The position numbers and the translations under genes were made by a program. 64,000 nucleotides of DNA. Origin: Antechinus flavipes. Taxonomy: Eukaryota. The notes under the pieces were generated by a model. It searched no databases, was not told the origin of the DNA, and saw only the letters and a program-made list of their open reading frames with translations. Location: NCBI RefSeq assembly GCF_016432865.1, contig NC_067401.1:277016001-277080000 (forward strand). Reading direction: 5' to 3'. This document shows, piece after piece, positions 50,251 through 62,515 of this stretch (positions are counted from its first letter, which is position 1; each line of letters opens with the position of its first letter).

Positions 50251-50639
50251 TAACTAAACAAAAAGAAATATTTTAAAGAATGATAACTTGTTTTGTTAAG
50301 AACTTTTTAATTTGGCTCTTAAAAAAAGTTCTGATGTGGGTCTGTAACTTGTGACTGTTAACTTGGTTGCTGTAATTAGTCATACCTCATCCTGGGCATA
50401 GTTTTCTCTAGACATGAGCACCTGTTTTACTCCCAGTAAACTAAACACAATGTTTCTTCCCAATATACTTCAATAGGAAATAGAAGTATATTAAGTACTT
50501 ATATTTAAATAATAATATCAATTATATATAATTATATATACAATTATATATAATGTATTATTTAAATACATTGATTATATATAATATAATAAATAAGCAT
50601 ATTAGTTAGTTTTCTTGTACTATCTAAATATTAAGTGGA

Positions 50640-51290
50640 GGATCATATAGAATATCAGGCAGGATTCAATACGTGAAGAAATTTTTACAATATTCCAGGT
50701 GAGACCTGATAATGGCATTATCTAGGGCAGTGACTGAGGGAGAAAGAGAAAGAAATTCTAAAGACTCAGAAATTACAAGATCTGAGAATTGATGTGTATT
50801 AAGTGAGTATGAGTAAGGAGCCCAAGATGAAATCAATTTACAAATATGAGTGACTGTAAGGATTATGGTGAACTCAGCAGTAATATAAAAGACTGAATAA
50901 AGAAAAATTTGAGAGGAAGAAGGGGGAAGTAATGATTTTTTTGTTTTGTATATATTGAATTTGAGATATTTATGGGACATTCATAGAGTTGAAAATATCA
51001 ACTTTTGCTACGTCATGATGGGAGTTAAAAGTTAGGAGAGAAACTAAGTATGACTGGATGTATAGCTTTTTAGATTCAGTTAGAAATGGTAATTTTGATC
51101 CATCAGAGATAATGAGGCCTTCAGGGGAGGAAACAGAAAAAAAAAAAAAGAGAACTAAGGAAAATATATTGGTAGACACCTTTACTTGACAGATGTGAAA
51201 TAACTGATGATTTAGTAAAAAGTGTTGAGAAGTTGGGGTACAAAAATTAGGCAAAGTCAGGAAAATCCAGAGTGGAGAGACTAATATTCT
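50640..51290 (-). mobile_element. L2 fragment
   Basis: caatattccaggtgagacctgataatggc...tgtatatattgaatttgagatatttatgggacattc...gatccatcagag. Confidence 0.7.
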
Positions 51291-52280
51291 TCAGAATATG
51301 AAAAGGTTTGTGAAAGAACTTGGAATCAGAAAGAACTGAGGTAGAATTACTGCACCTAGACATTTGCTAAACTATGTGAATCTGTGCAAGTCATTTAGAG
51401 TCTTTCAGCATTTTATGTATGAGTAATTTAGAATATTAAAATGTTTGAAAACTTGTTGAAAACAAAAAAAAACACCAGAAGATTCTGGTAATTATTAGAT
51501 TTTTTAAAATCTATTTTCTTCTTTCATGAGTTAGATAAATGATCTAGAAGCAAATGGATGTCTGATTTTTTTTTTTTTTAAAGTCTTCTTTCACAAACAA
51601 AATTTAAAAAACAACAACCAGTCTTTCAAGTTGTGTCACACAGTCAGTACAAATTCAGTGAACTCTTTTATCCTTTAAGATAATCACAGAATCTTACAGC
51701 ATTTATCTTAGGGATTATTTTTTCCAACCTCCTCATTTAAGAACCATGGGAAAATGGAGCGGCTTACTCATAGTCACAGGAAGTGACGAGTAAATGCTAG
51801 CAAGGGGCAGAGATAACATAAATTTAATTCTCCTGACTTGAAGCTTTTATACATGCCTCACTTTTTTCTGTATTTTTAGTATTGTAAATGTTTCCTGGTA
51901 TTATTAATTATAATCCAGAAGCTTTGCAAAGTTTTTCTCGTGATTGAAACATAAAAAAAGAATTGTTATGTCCAGTACAGTTTGTATTGGGTATGTTTGA
52001 TATCATTCTAATTCTCAGATCATGATCAATTGATCATAGAAGTTGGAATCCATATACCACATAGAAAGGCAGTTAGGTGATGCAAAGAGTAGAGTACCAA
52101 GCTTAGAGTTGGGAAGTCTTATCTTCCTGAGTTCAAATCTAGACTCAGACACTTATTAACTGTGCGACCCAGGGCAAGTCATTTAAACCTGTTTGCCCCA
52201 GTTTCTTCTTCTATAAAAAGGCAAGCCACTCTAGTATTTTTGCTAAGAAAACCCCAAATGGGTAACAAAGAGTCAGAAAT

Positions 52281-52777
52281 TGTTAGAATTCTTACAAGGT
52301 GCTAAGTCAGTTATTTAATTTAGCATGGTACTTAACAGTTCTCTAGTTTACTAATGCACTTAATATTTATTAGAGTTCTACAAGATTCACATCTTTAAGA
52401 GAATATATATATAAGCTAGGAGCTTCAACCAGGATTAAGTCCAGGAGATTCATAAGTCAGAGAGAATAAGCCCACTCTCAGAGGCAGAAACAGATTCATT
52501 CCATTTTCCACCTTTTTGCTGGCTGGAGGCTGAAGCTGGAGAGGCAAAGAACTAGTGGCAAGAGCTCTCAGAACCAAGGAGAGAGATAGGCCTCTAAGAA
52601 AGCTAACCAGCCCAAGGAAGGAGACAATTCTTTGAAAAAGAAAATAAAGGATTTGGACTTTAACTCCTGGCTGCATTTGAGGTGATTGTTACACAGAACT
52701 GAAACTAAGGCTGCCTCCAGAAGCCCCTCAAGAAACCTACTCTCAGAGAACAATATATTGTAGAGAAGAATATTACA
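52281..52777 (+). mobile_element. ERV LTR (497 bp), probably class II/betaretrovirus-like given the Lys PBS
   Basis: TGT...ACA termini; TATA (tatataa 52408-52414); AATAAA 52643-52648; immediately followed by a PBS. Confidence 0.85.
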
Positions 52778-52780
52778 TTT

Positions 52781-52798
52781 TGGCGCCTGAACAGGGAC
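52781..52798 (+). other. Retroviral primer-binding site complementary to tRNA-Lys(UUU)
   Basis: TGGCGCCTGAACAGGGAC is 17/18 identical to the canonical tRNA-Lys3 PBS TGGCGCCCGAACAGGGAC and lies 3 nt after the LTR terminal CA. Confidence 0.92.
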
Positions 52799-53509
52799 AC
52801 AGAGATGAAACACCTGAACAACAATAACAACAACAAAGCACTAAGAGCAAGTGTTTGCATTCAGAAATTCACTGCCTTTTACCTATCCTTTAACTTACTA
52901 ATTGGTTTCACTGACTTCACTCTTTCCTTTCTTCAAAGCAACCTCCACAAAGCTTTTGTGTTGACAATCTTAAAACACGGTTATGATCTTCTTGTGTCAA
53001 AAGAGACAATAAATGAGATATAAAATGTTTTGCAAAACTTAAACGTATTATATATAGCTAGTTATTTTTATGTTTTTGTGATTCTACTATTCAAAACTTC
53101 AGTAACTCCCATTTATTGTGGATGTTCAGTTGTGTCCAACTCTTCTTGACCCTACTTGGAATTTTCTTGGCAAGGATATTTGCCATTTCCTTCTCAGGTC
53201 ATTTTATAGATGAGAAACTGAGATAAACAAGGTAAAGCCATTTGCCCAGGGCTCTCTCTCTCTTCTTTCTTCTATGCTTCCCTTTTTTCTACCTTCCCTC
53301 CAAAAGCCTCAGTACAGTTTCAAGCTTCAGTAGCCCACAGTTGCACTAAGGCCTCTGGGATGCTCTGTATTTTGTGTTTAAAAAAGGTAAGCTTCTTGAA
53401 AGCAGACCTTTATTATTTTTGTCTTTATAGTCATAGTACCCAACTCAGCTTAATGCTGAATACATGATAAATAGAAGATGGACAGATTATTATTGAGATG
53501 AAGTGAAAA

Positions 53510-53750
53510 GACGGTGGCAAAAGGAATGGAGTACTCTACCTAAAGTAAGGAATACCTGAATTCAAATACAACCTCAGCCACTTACTAGCTATGTGATCCT
53601 GGACAAGTCACTTAACCCATTTATGCCTCAGCTTGTATTCTATAAAATAAGGATAATAATAGTACCTATCTACTACAGTTCTGAGAATAAAATGAATTAA
53701 TGTTTATAAGGTATATTGCAATAGATGAAATGCTAGTTATTATTATCCAC
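53510..53750 (+). mobile_element. MIR SINE
   Basis: ctgaattcaaatacaacctcagccacttactagctatgtgatcctggacaagtcacttaaccc...aaaataaggataataatagtacc. Confidence 0.8.
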
Positions 53751-54949
53751 TTATTATATGATTATATTATATTATGATTATATGAATATCTTGTTAAACA
53801 ATCAAAAAACCCATTCTCAAATTCTGAATAGTTAAAAATTACTATAAACAGTCAGAAAAAAATACAACTTTATAAAGATTATTCCTCCACCAGCTGTACT
53901 GGATGTATATTAAGCTTTCAGGGGAAAGGTGATATGATAGTTAAGAGATCTAAGATCATTTTCTATAATTAATCAGGAAAAATGTATTTTTAAAAATTAC
54001 ATTAAATTTTCAAAATGTAAGCTTATATCATTTTCTAATGAGTAGAGATGTTCTATAAAGTCTATGGTTTAAAAATACTTTGTACTATATTAAAACTTTA
54101 TCTAGTTTCAGTAGAAAATCAGAGTAGTTTAAATATCAGGATGTTTTATTTTGATTTGTCAAGAAAGAAAATATCAAAGAGAAGCTTGATAGCATCAGCA
54201 AGTAAAAACTTATGATAATAAGATTTGTTTTTCCTTCTCAGAAGTATTCTCTTATGGAAATATTAGTTCCAGGAATTAGGTGTTTAAAGCATCTTCCTGC
54301 AGACAAGAATGAACAGATGTTCATGTTTTATCTTTCTGCTGCTATTTATATTTCCATCTTTAATACAGGGTACAATTCAATATAGAATCAGTCTTAACTG
54401 GAAACATAAATCCATCATCTCTAATGATATGGAAGTGATTAAATTTATGAAGTTTTCTTTGTGGAATATATTTCAGTAGTAGATTTGTTTTCCTCTTAAT
54501 ACTTTGATTTCAATAATTTATGTGATGCTTTATATTTTTCTGAGAACTTTCACCTAATATTAAATACTCATTGCATCCTCCTTGGATGTCCTTGGAAGGT
54601 AGCTAGGGCAGCTATTATCTTCGTTTTATAGATAAAGAAACAGTTTCAAAAAGATTGCTATATCCAAAGTCATAAAGATTTAGTTCTGGTATTAAAATTC
54701 TATGTTCTAATTCCTGGGTCACTGCTTCTGACCTAAGGTACTTTTTGTTTCTAAAGTAATAATTAGCATATGAATGAAGGATGAAAATCCTCTTATATAT
54801 TTAATTTAAAATTACTAAGTGATTGATAGCTTGAATTAAATTTCCCCTTTTTTCCTATTTTCTATAATTTTATGTGCTTTTACACCTATTGGTTCATTTA
54901 AGAAATATAATAAAATATTTATTGAATATATATGGTACCTTTTGAATGA

Positions 54950-55200
54950 ATAGCTAACATTTATGTAAAGTTTTAAGTTTTACAAAGCACCTTACAAATA
55001 TATTTCAGTTTACCTTCGCAACAACCTTGGGAAGCAGGTGGTATAATCCACACTTCATATATGGAGAAGCTAAGACAAACTAGTTATGTGGTTTGCCTAT
55101 GGTTACATAGCTAGAAAATATCTAAGGCTAGATTTGAACTTAGAATATCCTTCTTCCAGTCCAGCATTTAGCCACTGAATTATTTAGCTGTTTTATAGTG
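54950..55200 (-). mobile_element. MIR SINE
   Basis: tttacaaagcaccttacaaat...caacaaccttgggaagcaggtgg...ctagatttgaacttag. Confidence 0.75.
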
Positions 55201-56236
55201 CTTACATAAAAATATTCCTGCCTCATGGTTCTTGTAGAGTCTTATAGGGAAGAAAAGGCATGTTCCCAAATAAGCATATTTTAAGTTTTTACTATGAAAA
55301 TATATTATAAGAAGGGTAAAAGTAAAAGGTCATGGGAATTCAGGGAAGTGAGGGATTATTTAGTGATTATTTTTAGAAAATATTTTAGTTCACAGAAAAT
55401 AGATGGGTAACAATGGCAACCAGCATTTTAATTTTTAAAAAGTATAGTAAATGAGAAGAATTTAAGAACTAAGGAAAACTGAATTTTTCTTAGTCTAGAA
55501 CTTTTAAAAAATGTAAGATATATTTCATTAGAAAATTTTTTTTAATTTGCAGTAAATTTCTTTGTTTTTAATTCACATTATAAATCATGTTGGGAGATAA
55601 AAATCAGAGTAAAAGGGAAAAATCATGGGAGAAATAAAAAGAAAACAAAAAAAGAAATGAACATAGCATGTATTGATTTGCATTGTCTCCATAGTTCTTT
55701 TTCTGGATGCAGGTGGCATTTTCTGTCCAAAATCTATTGGGATCACTGAATCACTGAGAAGAACTAAGTCTTTCATAATTGATCATAATAGATTCTTCCT
55801 GTTATTATGTACCATGTATTTCTGGTTCTACTTTTTTCACTCAACATCAGTTCATATAAATCTTTCCAGACCTTTCTAAAATCACCTTGTTTGTAATTTT
55901 TTTAATAGAATAGTAATATTCCATTAACTTCATATACCACAGCTTGTTCAGTCATTCCCCAAATTGATGGGTATCTAGTAATTTTCCAATTCTTTGCTAC
56001 CACAAAAAGAGCTGCTAACTAACATTTTTGCACATGTGGGTCCTTTTCCCTCTTTTATGATACCCATGGAATACAGACCCAGCATTGGCACTGCTGGATC
56101 AAAGGATATGCACGATTTTATAGTCTTTTGGGCATAATTCCAAATTGCTCTCCAGAATAGTTGGATCTTTTCACTACTATACTAACAATGCATTAGGATC
56201 TCAGTTTTCCCACATGCCCTCCAATTTTTATCATTA

Positions 56237-56391
56237 CCTTTTGTACATGGTACCTATACAAAAATTGACCATATATTAGGCATAAAAACCTATGCTTCTT
56301 AGTCTGGCCACAATGCAATAAAAATTATATTCAGTAAAGGGCCAGCGAAGGATAGACTAAAAACCAATTGGAAATTAAATAATCTCATCCT
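56237..56391 (+). mobile_element. L1 endonuclease-domain fragment, inverted relative to the host L1
   Basis: gtacatggtacctatacaaaaattgaccatatattag (HGTYTKIDHIL)...gccacaatgcaataaaaatt...aattggaaattaaataatctcatcc; flanked by tatcatta on both sides. Confidence 0.75.
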
Positions 56392-56878
56392 TATATCATT
56401 ATTTTCCTGTCATCTTAGTCAATCTGAGAAGTGTGAAGTGGTACCTCAGAAATGTCTTAATTTTTCTTTCTCTGATCAAATATGATTTAGAGTATTTTTC
56501 ATAAGATTAGAAATGATTTCAATTTCTTCATCTGAAATTTATCTGTTCATATCTTTTTGGTCAAATTTATCAATTGGAGAATGACTTGTCTCATAAATTT
56601 GACATAGTTCTTTACATATTTCAGAAATGAGACCTTTATCAGAAACACTGGCTGTAAAGATTTTTTCTCAACTCTGTACTTCTTTTTAAATCTTGTTTCT
56701 GTTAGTTTTGTTTGTGCAAAAACTTTTTAAATTTAATGCAATCAAAGCTGTCCATTTTGCCTTTCATAATGTTCTCTAGTTCTTTGATTAAAAATTCTTC
56801 CCTTCTCCATGGACTGAATAAGTAAATTATCCCTTGTTCTCCTAATTTGTTTGTGGTATTATCCTTTATGCCCAAATC

Positions 56879-56923
<45 letters not shown>

Positions 56924-57320
56924 GACCTTATTTTGGTATGGGGTATGAGATGTAGGTCTATGCTAAGTTTCTGACATATTATTTTCCAGTTTTCCCAGCA
57001 ACTTTTGTCAAATAGTGAGCTCTTATTCCAGAACTTGGAGTTGGAGGGTTATTAAATACTAGGTTATTATAGGTCCTGATTATTGTTTTGTGTTTATCTA
57101 ATCTATTCCACGGATCTACCACTCTATGTCTTATCTAGTACCAAATAGTTTTGATAACTGCTGCTTTATAATAGAGTTTTAGGTTGGTATCTTTAAGCTA
57201 CCATCCTTTGTGTTTTTTCATAAATTCCCATTATATTCTTGACCTTTTGTTCTTCCAAATGAATTTTGTTTTTGGTTTTTTAGTTCTTTCAAGTAATTTT
57301 TTGGCTGTTTGATTGATATG

Positions 57321-57515
57321 GATCAATAAGGATCAAAAAGGAATACATCTTTTTCTCAGCAGGACATAGCCCTACACAAAAATTTATCATGAAGTGGGGC
57401 ATAAAACCTCACAATCAAATGGACAAAGGCAGAAATAATAAGGAAATGCTTTCTTTTCAGACCACAATGAAATAAAAATTTCATTCAATAAAGGGGCCAA
57501 ACAAATAGACCAATT
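57321..57515 (+). mobile_element. Second L1 endonuclease-domain fragment, inverted relative to the host L1
   Basis: ttttctcagcaggacatagccctacacaaaaatttatcatg...gggcataaaacctcacaatcaaa...ttttcagaccacaatgaaataaaaatt (FSDHNEIKI). Confidence 0.75.
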
Positions 57516-60500
57516 TAGGAAGAATTGTCATTTGTATTATATTAGCTCAGCCTAGCCATGAAGAATTGATATTTTCCAATTGTTTAGATTTGACTTTATT
57601 TGTGTGCAAAGTATTTTGTAATTGTATTCTATAGTTCTTGGATTTGTCTTGGTAGGTAGACCCCCTTAAGTATTTTATTCTGTCTAAAGTAATTTTAAAT
57701 GGAATTTCTTGTTCTATCTCTTGCTGATGGCTTTGTCAGTAATATACAGAAATGCTGATTATTTGTATGTGGGTTTATTTTATATCCTGCAATTTTGCTA
57801 AAGTTGTTCATTGTTTCCAGTAGGTTTTTGGATGATTTTCTAGGATTTTCTAAGTATATCATATCATCTGCAAAGAGTGATAGTTTTATTTCCTCATTAC
57901 TTATTCTAATTCCTTCAATTTCTTGTTCTTTTCTCATTGCTAAAGTCAACATTTCTAATACAATGTTGAATAATAGTGATAATAATGGACATCTTTGTTT
58001 AATCCTTGATCTTATTGGGAATGCATCCAGCTTCTCTCTATTACAATTAATACTTGCTATTGGGTTTAGATAGATACTGGTTATTATTTTAAAGAAAACT
58101 GCCTGTATACCTATGCTCTCTAGTGTTTTTAATGGGAATGAATGTTGTATTTTGTCAAAAGCTTTTTCTGCATCGATATTATCATGTGATTTCTGTTAAT
58201 TTTTTTATTGATATGGTCAAATATGCCAATATTTTTCCTAGTATTGCACCAGCCCTGTATTTCAGTATAAATTCCACTTGGATTATCCTGTTTTCTTCAG
58301 GCAATTTTCTTCCTTTCTTTTCCAAGCTCTTGACTCTCTCATACCTACCTCTCATTACCTTTCTCATTTTTTAATTCTACTTCTTTTATTTGACTTTTAA
58401 ATTCTTTTGAGCACTTCCAAGAAGCCTTTTTGGGCTTGAGACCAATTCATATCACTTTTTGAGATTTCCTTTGTGGACATTATGTTCTATTTATTTGAAT
58501 TGATGTTTTGGTCTGCCTTGTCACCACAATAGCTTTCTATGATCAAGATTCTTTTCTGTTTCTTATTCATTTTCTTTCCCTTTCTTTTGGTATTTTTTTT
58601 GGTCACTTTATGGTTGAGCTCTGCTCTTGAGGTAAAAGGGGTACTATCCCAAGCTTCCTGTGCAACTCTGAGACATGGCTTTGAACACAGGGCGCCCTTT
58701 TGTTTGCAAGGGATAGCTTTGCCTGCTCTTTTCAGGAAACAGCCTGATTTACCAGAGTTTGCCTTCTGAGCTGGGTCTGGAAGCTGCCCCACTGATCTGT
58801 TCCTCTGTGGAGCCAAGACTGAAGGTCTTAATTCCTGATTTGCTAAGATTAAAATCCTCTTACTAGCTTTATAGAGTCTGTCTGAGCTAGCTTGAACACC
58901 CTTTCACCCCAGTGAGACTGACTTTTCTTGAAGTTTTTCCAGTCTATCTTGAGATGAAGAGTGGTTTCATTCTATCAGACTCTGTTCAAAAGATTGGTTT
59001 CATGTGGTTTTCAAGGGAAACTGGAACAGCTTAAACAGCTTACTGGCTTTACTCTTCCATCTTTAGAAATAATTTCTAATCTTTATGAACCTACGCAGGA
59101 TTTTTAAGGCATTAAAAATGTCACTAACTTCCAGGACAGGGAAAATATTCTCATAGAATAGGATTCTTCAGTATAACACGTTGTCTTTCCTTTAGTACTT
59201 AAGTATGTTTTCAATAATGGTTTTAATTCTATTATAAATATATGATTTTGTCATATTATTATTATTTAATTTGTTCCTTTGAAAACACAGAATTTCATCA
59301 GTATGAGCACTTTCTTCACTAACACAAATGAAGACTTCTTTATTTCCATATTTTCTAAGTTTCTGTAGCTAAAATGTACAAATGTACAAAGGTCGGATAA
59401 TAAGCCTTTCCAGAATTAGCCAGGTGAGGACAGACATGATTTATTGCTGGGCTTTTTCTTAAAGTCTTTCCATTTTGGTCAAAATTGCATTAGATTATGC
59501 ACTCTGCTGCTAACCATATCTCTGAAGATCTTGTAGGTACTTCTAAACCACAATGAAGCATTGGAATAATTCTTAATGGAGGTATTATTATTATATTCAT
59601 TATTAGTATCTTCCTTTCTTGTTTAACATTTTGCTTCTCAATTAAATTGTTACCTCTATAATCAACAAAGTTTCTTAATCTTTTACTTTTATCCCACCAT
59701 CAATTCCATTTTCACAATAGCTACAACAATCCTAACCATACATTGAAGACATTAATAAGTTTGTTGAATGAATAAATGCATCATAGATCACAAATTTAGA
59801 GCTGGAAGGAATCTTACAAGTCAGCTAGTCCAGCTCCTTCATTTTACAGATGATCAGAGTGTAAATCAATTAATCAATAATCAGTAAGAATTTATTAAGC
59901 GCTCACAAAGACTCCAAAACCAACATTATTATCTCTGCACCATGTCCTCTCAAACAACATGTAACTATTGAATGACTAATGTTTGTCCAAAATTATGCTG
60001 AGGGTACAAATCTATGATTTTATCAATATGGAGACCTTATGGGGACCTTCTGGTAGAGAATTTCCCTCCATCAAGGTAGATATGCAATTTAGCTGGAATT
60101 TAGGCTCTCAGTGTCTTGCATGAAAGATTAAGTGATTTGATCATGGTCATACAGCTAGTCTGAATCCAGGTCTAATAGATACCAAGGATATCCCATTACC
60201 CATTTAGCTACTCTTCTTCTCTATAGAATCAATCCCAGAGATCTGCTATTCCATTCTTTTTGAACGAAAATATGGAAACCCAAATAAGTTAAATAATGTC
60301 CTTAAAGTCACAGAACTAGAAAACAGAATAGTCATGCTCTTAACTATGTCTTCTTACTTCATATCCAATGCTATTGCAGTGTTGTATTTCCTAGGCAAGG
60401 GTAAAAGCCTTGTTACCTGGAAAGAATTTTGAAAGATGTTTTCTGCCACTGCGATGATATTCAATTCTAGGCCCTCCAGACCAATTGCAGTATAAAAATC

Positions 60501-60789
60501 AAAGCAGGGATATAGCCAATAGTCACAGAATAAATTCCTTTCCCATAATTTTTTATATTTGCATATGAAATATTTTCATAGTAAATTCATAGCTTTTTTT
60601 CTTTCAGGAAAAGAGTTTGTCAGAAACATAAAATATAATTTGTATTCTGTGTTCCTTTAATAAGATATTAGATTATGTAATGAATCTTTACATGTCTGGC
60701 AACTTTCCTTTTGACTTCAGGACTAGCTTTTTCTCTCTTAGCTTAGAGGCCAAGAACACAGGGTTCTAAATGAACTACTTAGACATAGC

Positions 60790-61150
60790 CTCAGGCAGTA
60801 CACAGCAGCATCTCCAAATAGCAGAAAGTGAAAGCATGGTAGAAGTGGAGGACTGACTGGTTTGCTAGCATTTTCTCTGAATTTGGCATTCTTCACACCT
60901 CTGTGCCTTTGCATAGTTCCTCTGTTCCTTGTTCCTTCCTGAATTCTATCTCTTAGAATATTGAGCTTTTTTTCAAGTCTCAGTTCAGATATCACCTTTT
61001 TGAGGGAAACCTTGCCTTCTTTTCCTAGCTGTGAATGATTTCTCTCTCCTAGAATTATCTTGAATTTAGAAATCTGTTTATAAATTATATACTAGTTTCC
61101 AGAATTAGGTCTTTCATAGCAATCACTTAGTAAATGCTTATTGAATTTAA
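60790..61150 (+). mobile_element. L2 3' end
   Basis: ctgtgcctttgcatagttcc...ttcaagtctcagttcagatatcacc...cacttagtaaatgcttattgaattt. Confidence 0.7.
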
Positions 61151-61489
61151 TCATCACCATTTTAAGGAACAATTCTCTCTTATATGCACAGAAAACTCTA
61201 GAATCCTAACTGTCTTTATAAAACCCCAAAACAAGGTAGTGAAAATTATTTTTTTCTTTTACTCAGGTAAATTTATTCATTCAATTAAAGTAATATTGAT
61301 AAAGAATTTGGTGCTTCTGAGCAGCTGTTGGAGATTAACCCATAGTAGAGAGAATGGAATAAAAGTACTCTATGTCATTAGAATGAGAGGTGACTTCTAG
61401 CACTAATACTTTAGCCAGAGTATAAAGAAAGGAACTGGAATATTTTTGAGCTGACATACACATGGTGATAGGTCAAGCCATATCAATAA

Positions 61490-61990
61490 GCACTATACCA
61501 AGCACTGGGGATTTAAACACAAGCAGAAAGAGCCTCTGCTCTCAAAGACCTTACTTTCTTCTAAACAAGATAGACCATACATTGAAAAAATGACTGAAGA
61601 GGAAAACAGAAAGGATGCCTGAGCAGGAACATGGAAGAAAATATCTTAAGAGACAGTAACATAAGCTGGAGAGGAAAAAAAAATTAGCTAGCATGAGCAC
61701 TTTCCATAAAATGGAAGTTTCAGGAGGAACCAATGAGGTTCCTTAAAAATGGAATATATTTCCAGTGTGACAAGCCCAAGAATAGAGTGAACATCAAAGG
61801 TAAAAATACTAATGTTATGTGGTAGAAAAATTCCAGAATCAGGAGTGAAGCCAATAGAAGAATGAAGACATTGCTGATCAGAATACCATCTCTAAAATAA
61901 AGGATTTGAGAGGAACCAGAAGAAAGTATAAAATAGTATTATAAGAGTTAATTGAAGCAGTAGGAGACAGGGAAGGAGTGGAGGAGGAAG
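61490..61990 (-). mobile_element. L2 fragment
   Basis: taagcactataccaagcactggggatttaaacacaag...ctctgctctcaaagaccttactttc. Confidence 0.55.
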
Positions 61991-62029
61991 ACTAGGTGAA
62001 AGTAAAAAGCACATAACACAGCACTTTCT

Positions 62030-62515
62030 ATGTTTGGTAGTGTACATGCCTCCGTTGTATTGTTATGATGGTGACTGTTGGTATTCATATGTATCTATGT
62101 CACTCTGGGGTAGTAGTACATAATAATCCTGAGACCATATACAACTAAATTAAAAACGGAGCAACCAACAATGAAGGCGTTGATAAAATATAGCCTAGAG
62201 TTAGTTATCTTAGATGGCCAAACTAAACATTCTTCTGATTTTTCACTTCTAAAGAATGCTGCTGAGGATAACTCAAAGCCTGATGGAGATGCACATGATA
62301 AGCCTGAGAAGAGTACAGAATATTATAAATAGAGTATTCTAAGAGAGATATGAAGAAGATGCCATCAAAGAAACATGTCATTATAATGTCAGGAAAATTC
62401 GGGAAAGATTCCCAAGATATTGGATGTCCCCTTTTTGGTAAAGATATGGGATAAATTGGATAAGAGTCACACGGGTTAGGAATGCATGGATAGGGTGCAG
62501 TCTGTATTACTGTAG
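62030..62515 (+). mobile_element. RTE-type LINE 3' remnant
   Basis: Ends in ...ttggtaaagatatgggataaattggataagagtcacacgggttaggaatgcatggatagggtgcagtctgtattactg, resembling the marsupial RTE 3' end. Confidence 0.55.

Larger units (their letters stand above)
52070..52840 (+). mobile_element. MAR1-type SINE (52070-52280 plus tail 52801-52840) split by an LTR insertion
   Basis: Head ggcagttaggtgatgcaaagagtagag; RTE-like tail ...aaaccccaaatgggtaacaaagagtcagaaat | insertion | gaaacacctgaacaacaataacaacaac. Confidence 0.75.
55560..59065 (-). mobile_element. Rearranged L1 retaining both ends: 5' UTR/ORF1 N-terminus joined to ORF2 RT-to-3' UTR
   Basis: 5' start-like aaagatggaagagtaaagcc (reverse complement of about 59045-59064); ORF1-like peptide (ORF 58487-58816); RT peptides (ORF 57695-57952, [16 protein letters not shown]); 3' UTR at 55560-56000. 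Confidence 0.85.

Noticed and set aside
52781-52798. tRNA-Lys gene fragment
   Set aside because: Only the 18-nt complement of the tRNA 3' end (including the CCA complement) is present next to an LTR. It is a PBS, not a tRNA gene.
60415-60545. Minus-strand open frame ending at a good donor (CCAG|gtaaca)
   Set aside because: No acceptable acceptor or pyrimidine tract upstream and no recognisable protein.
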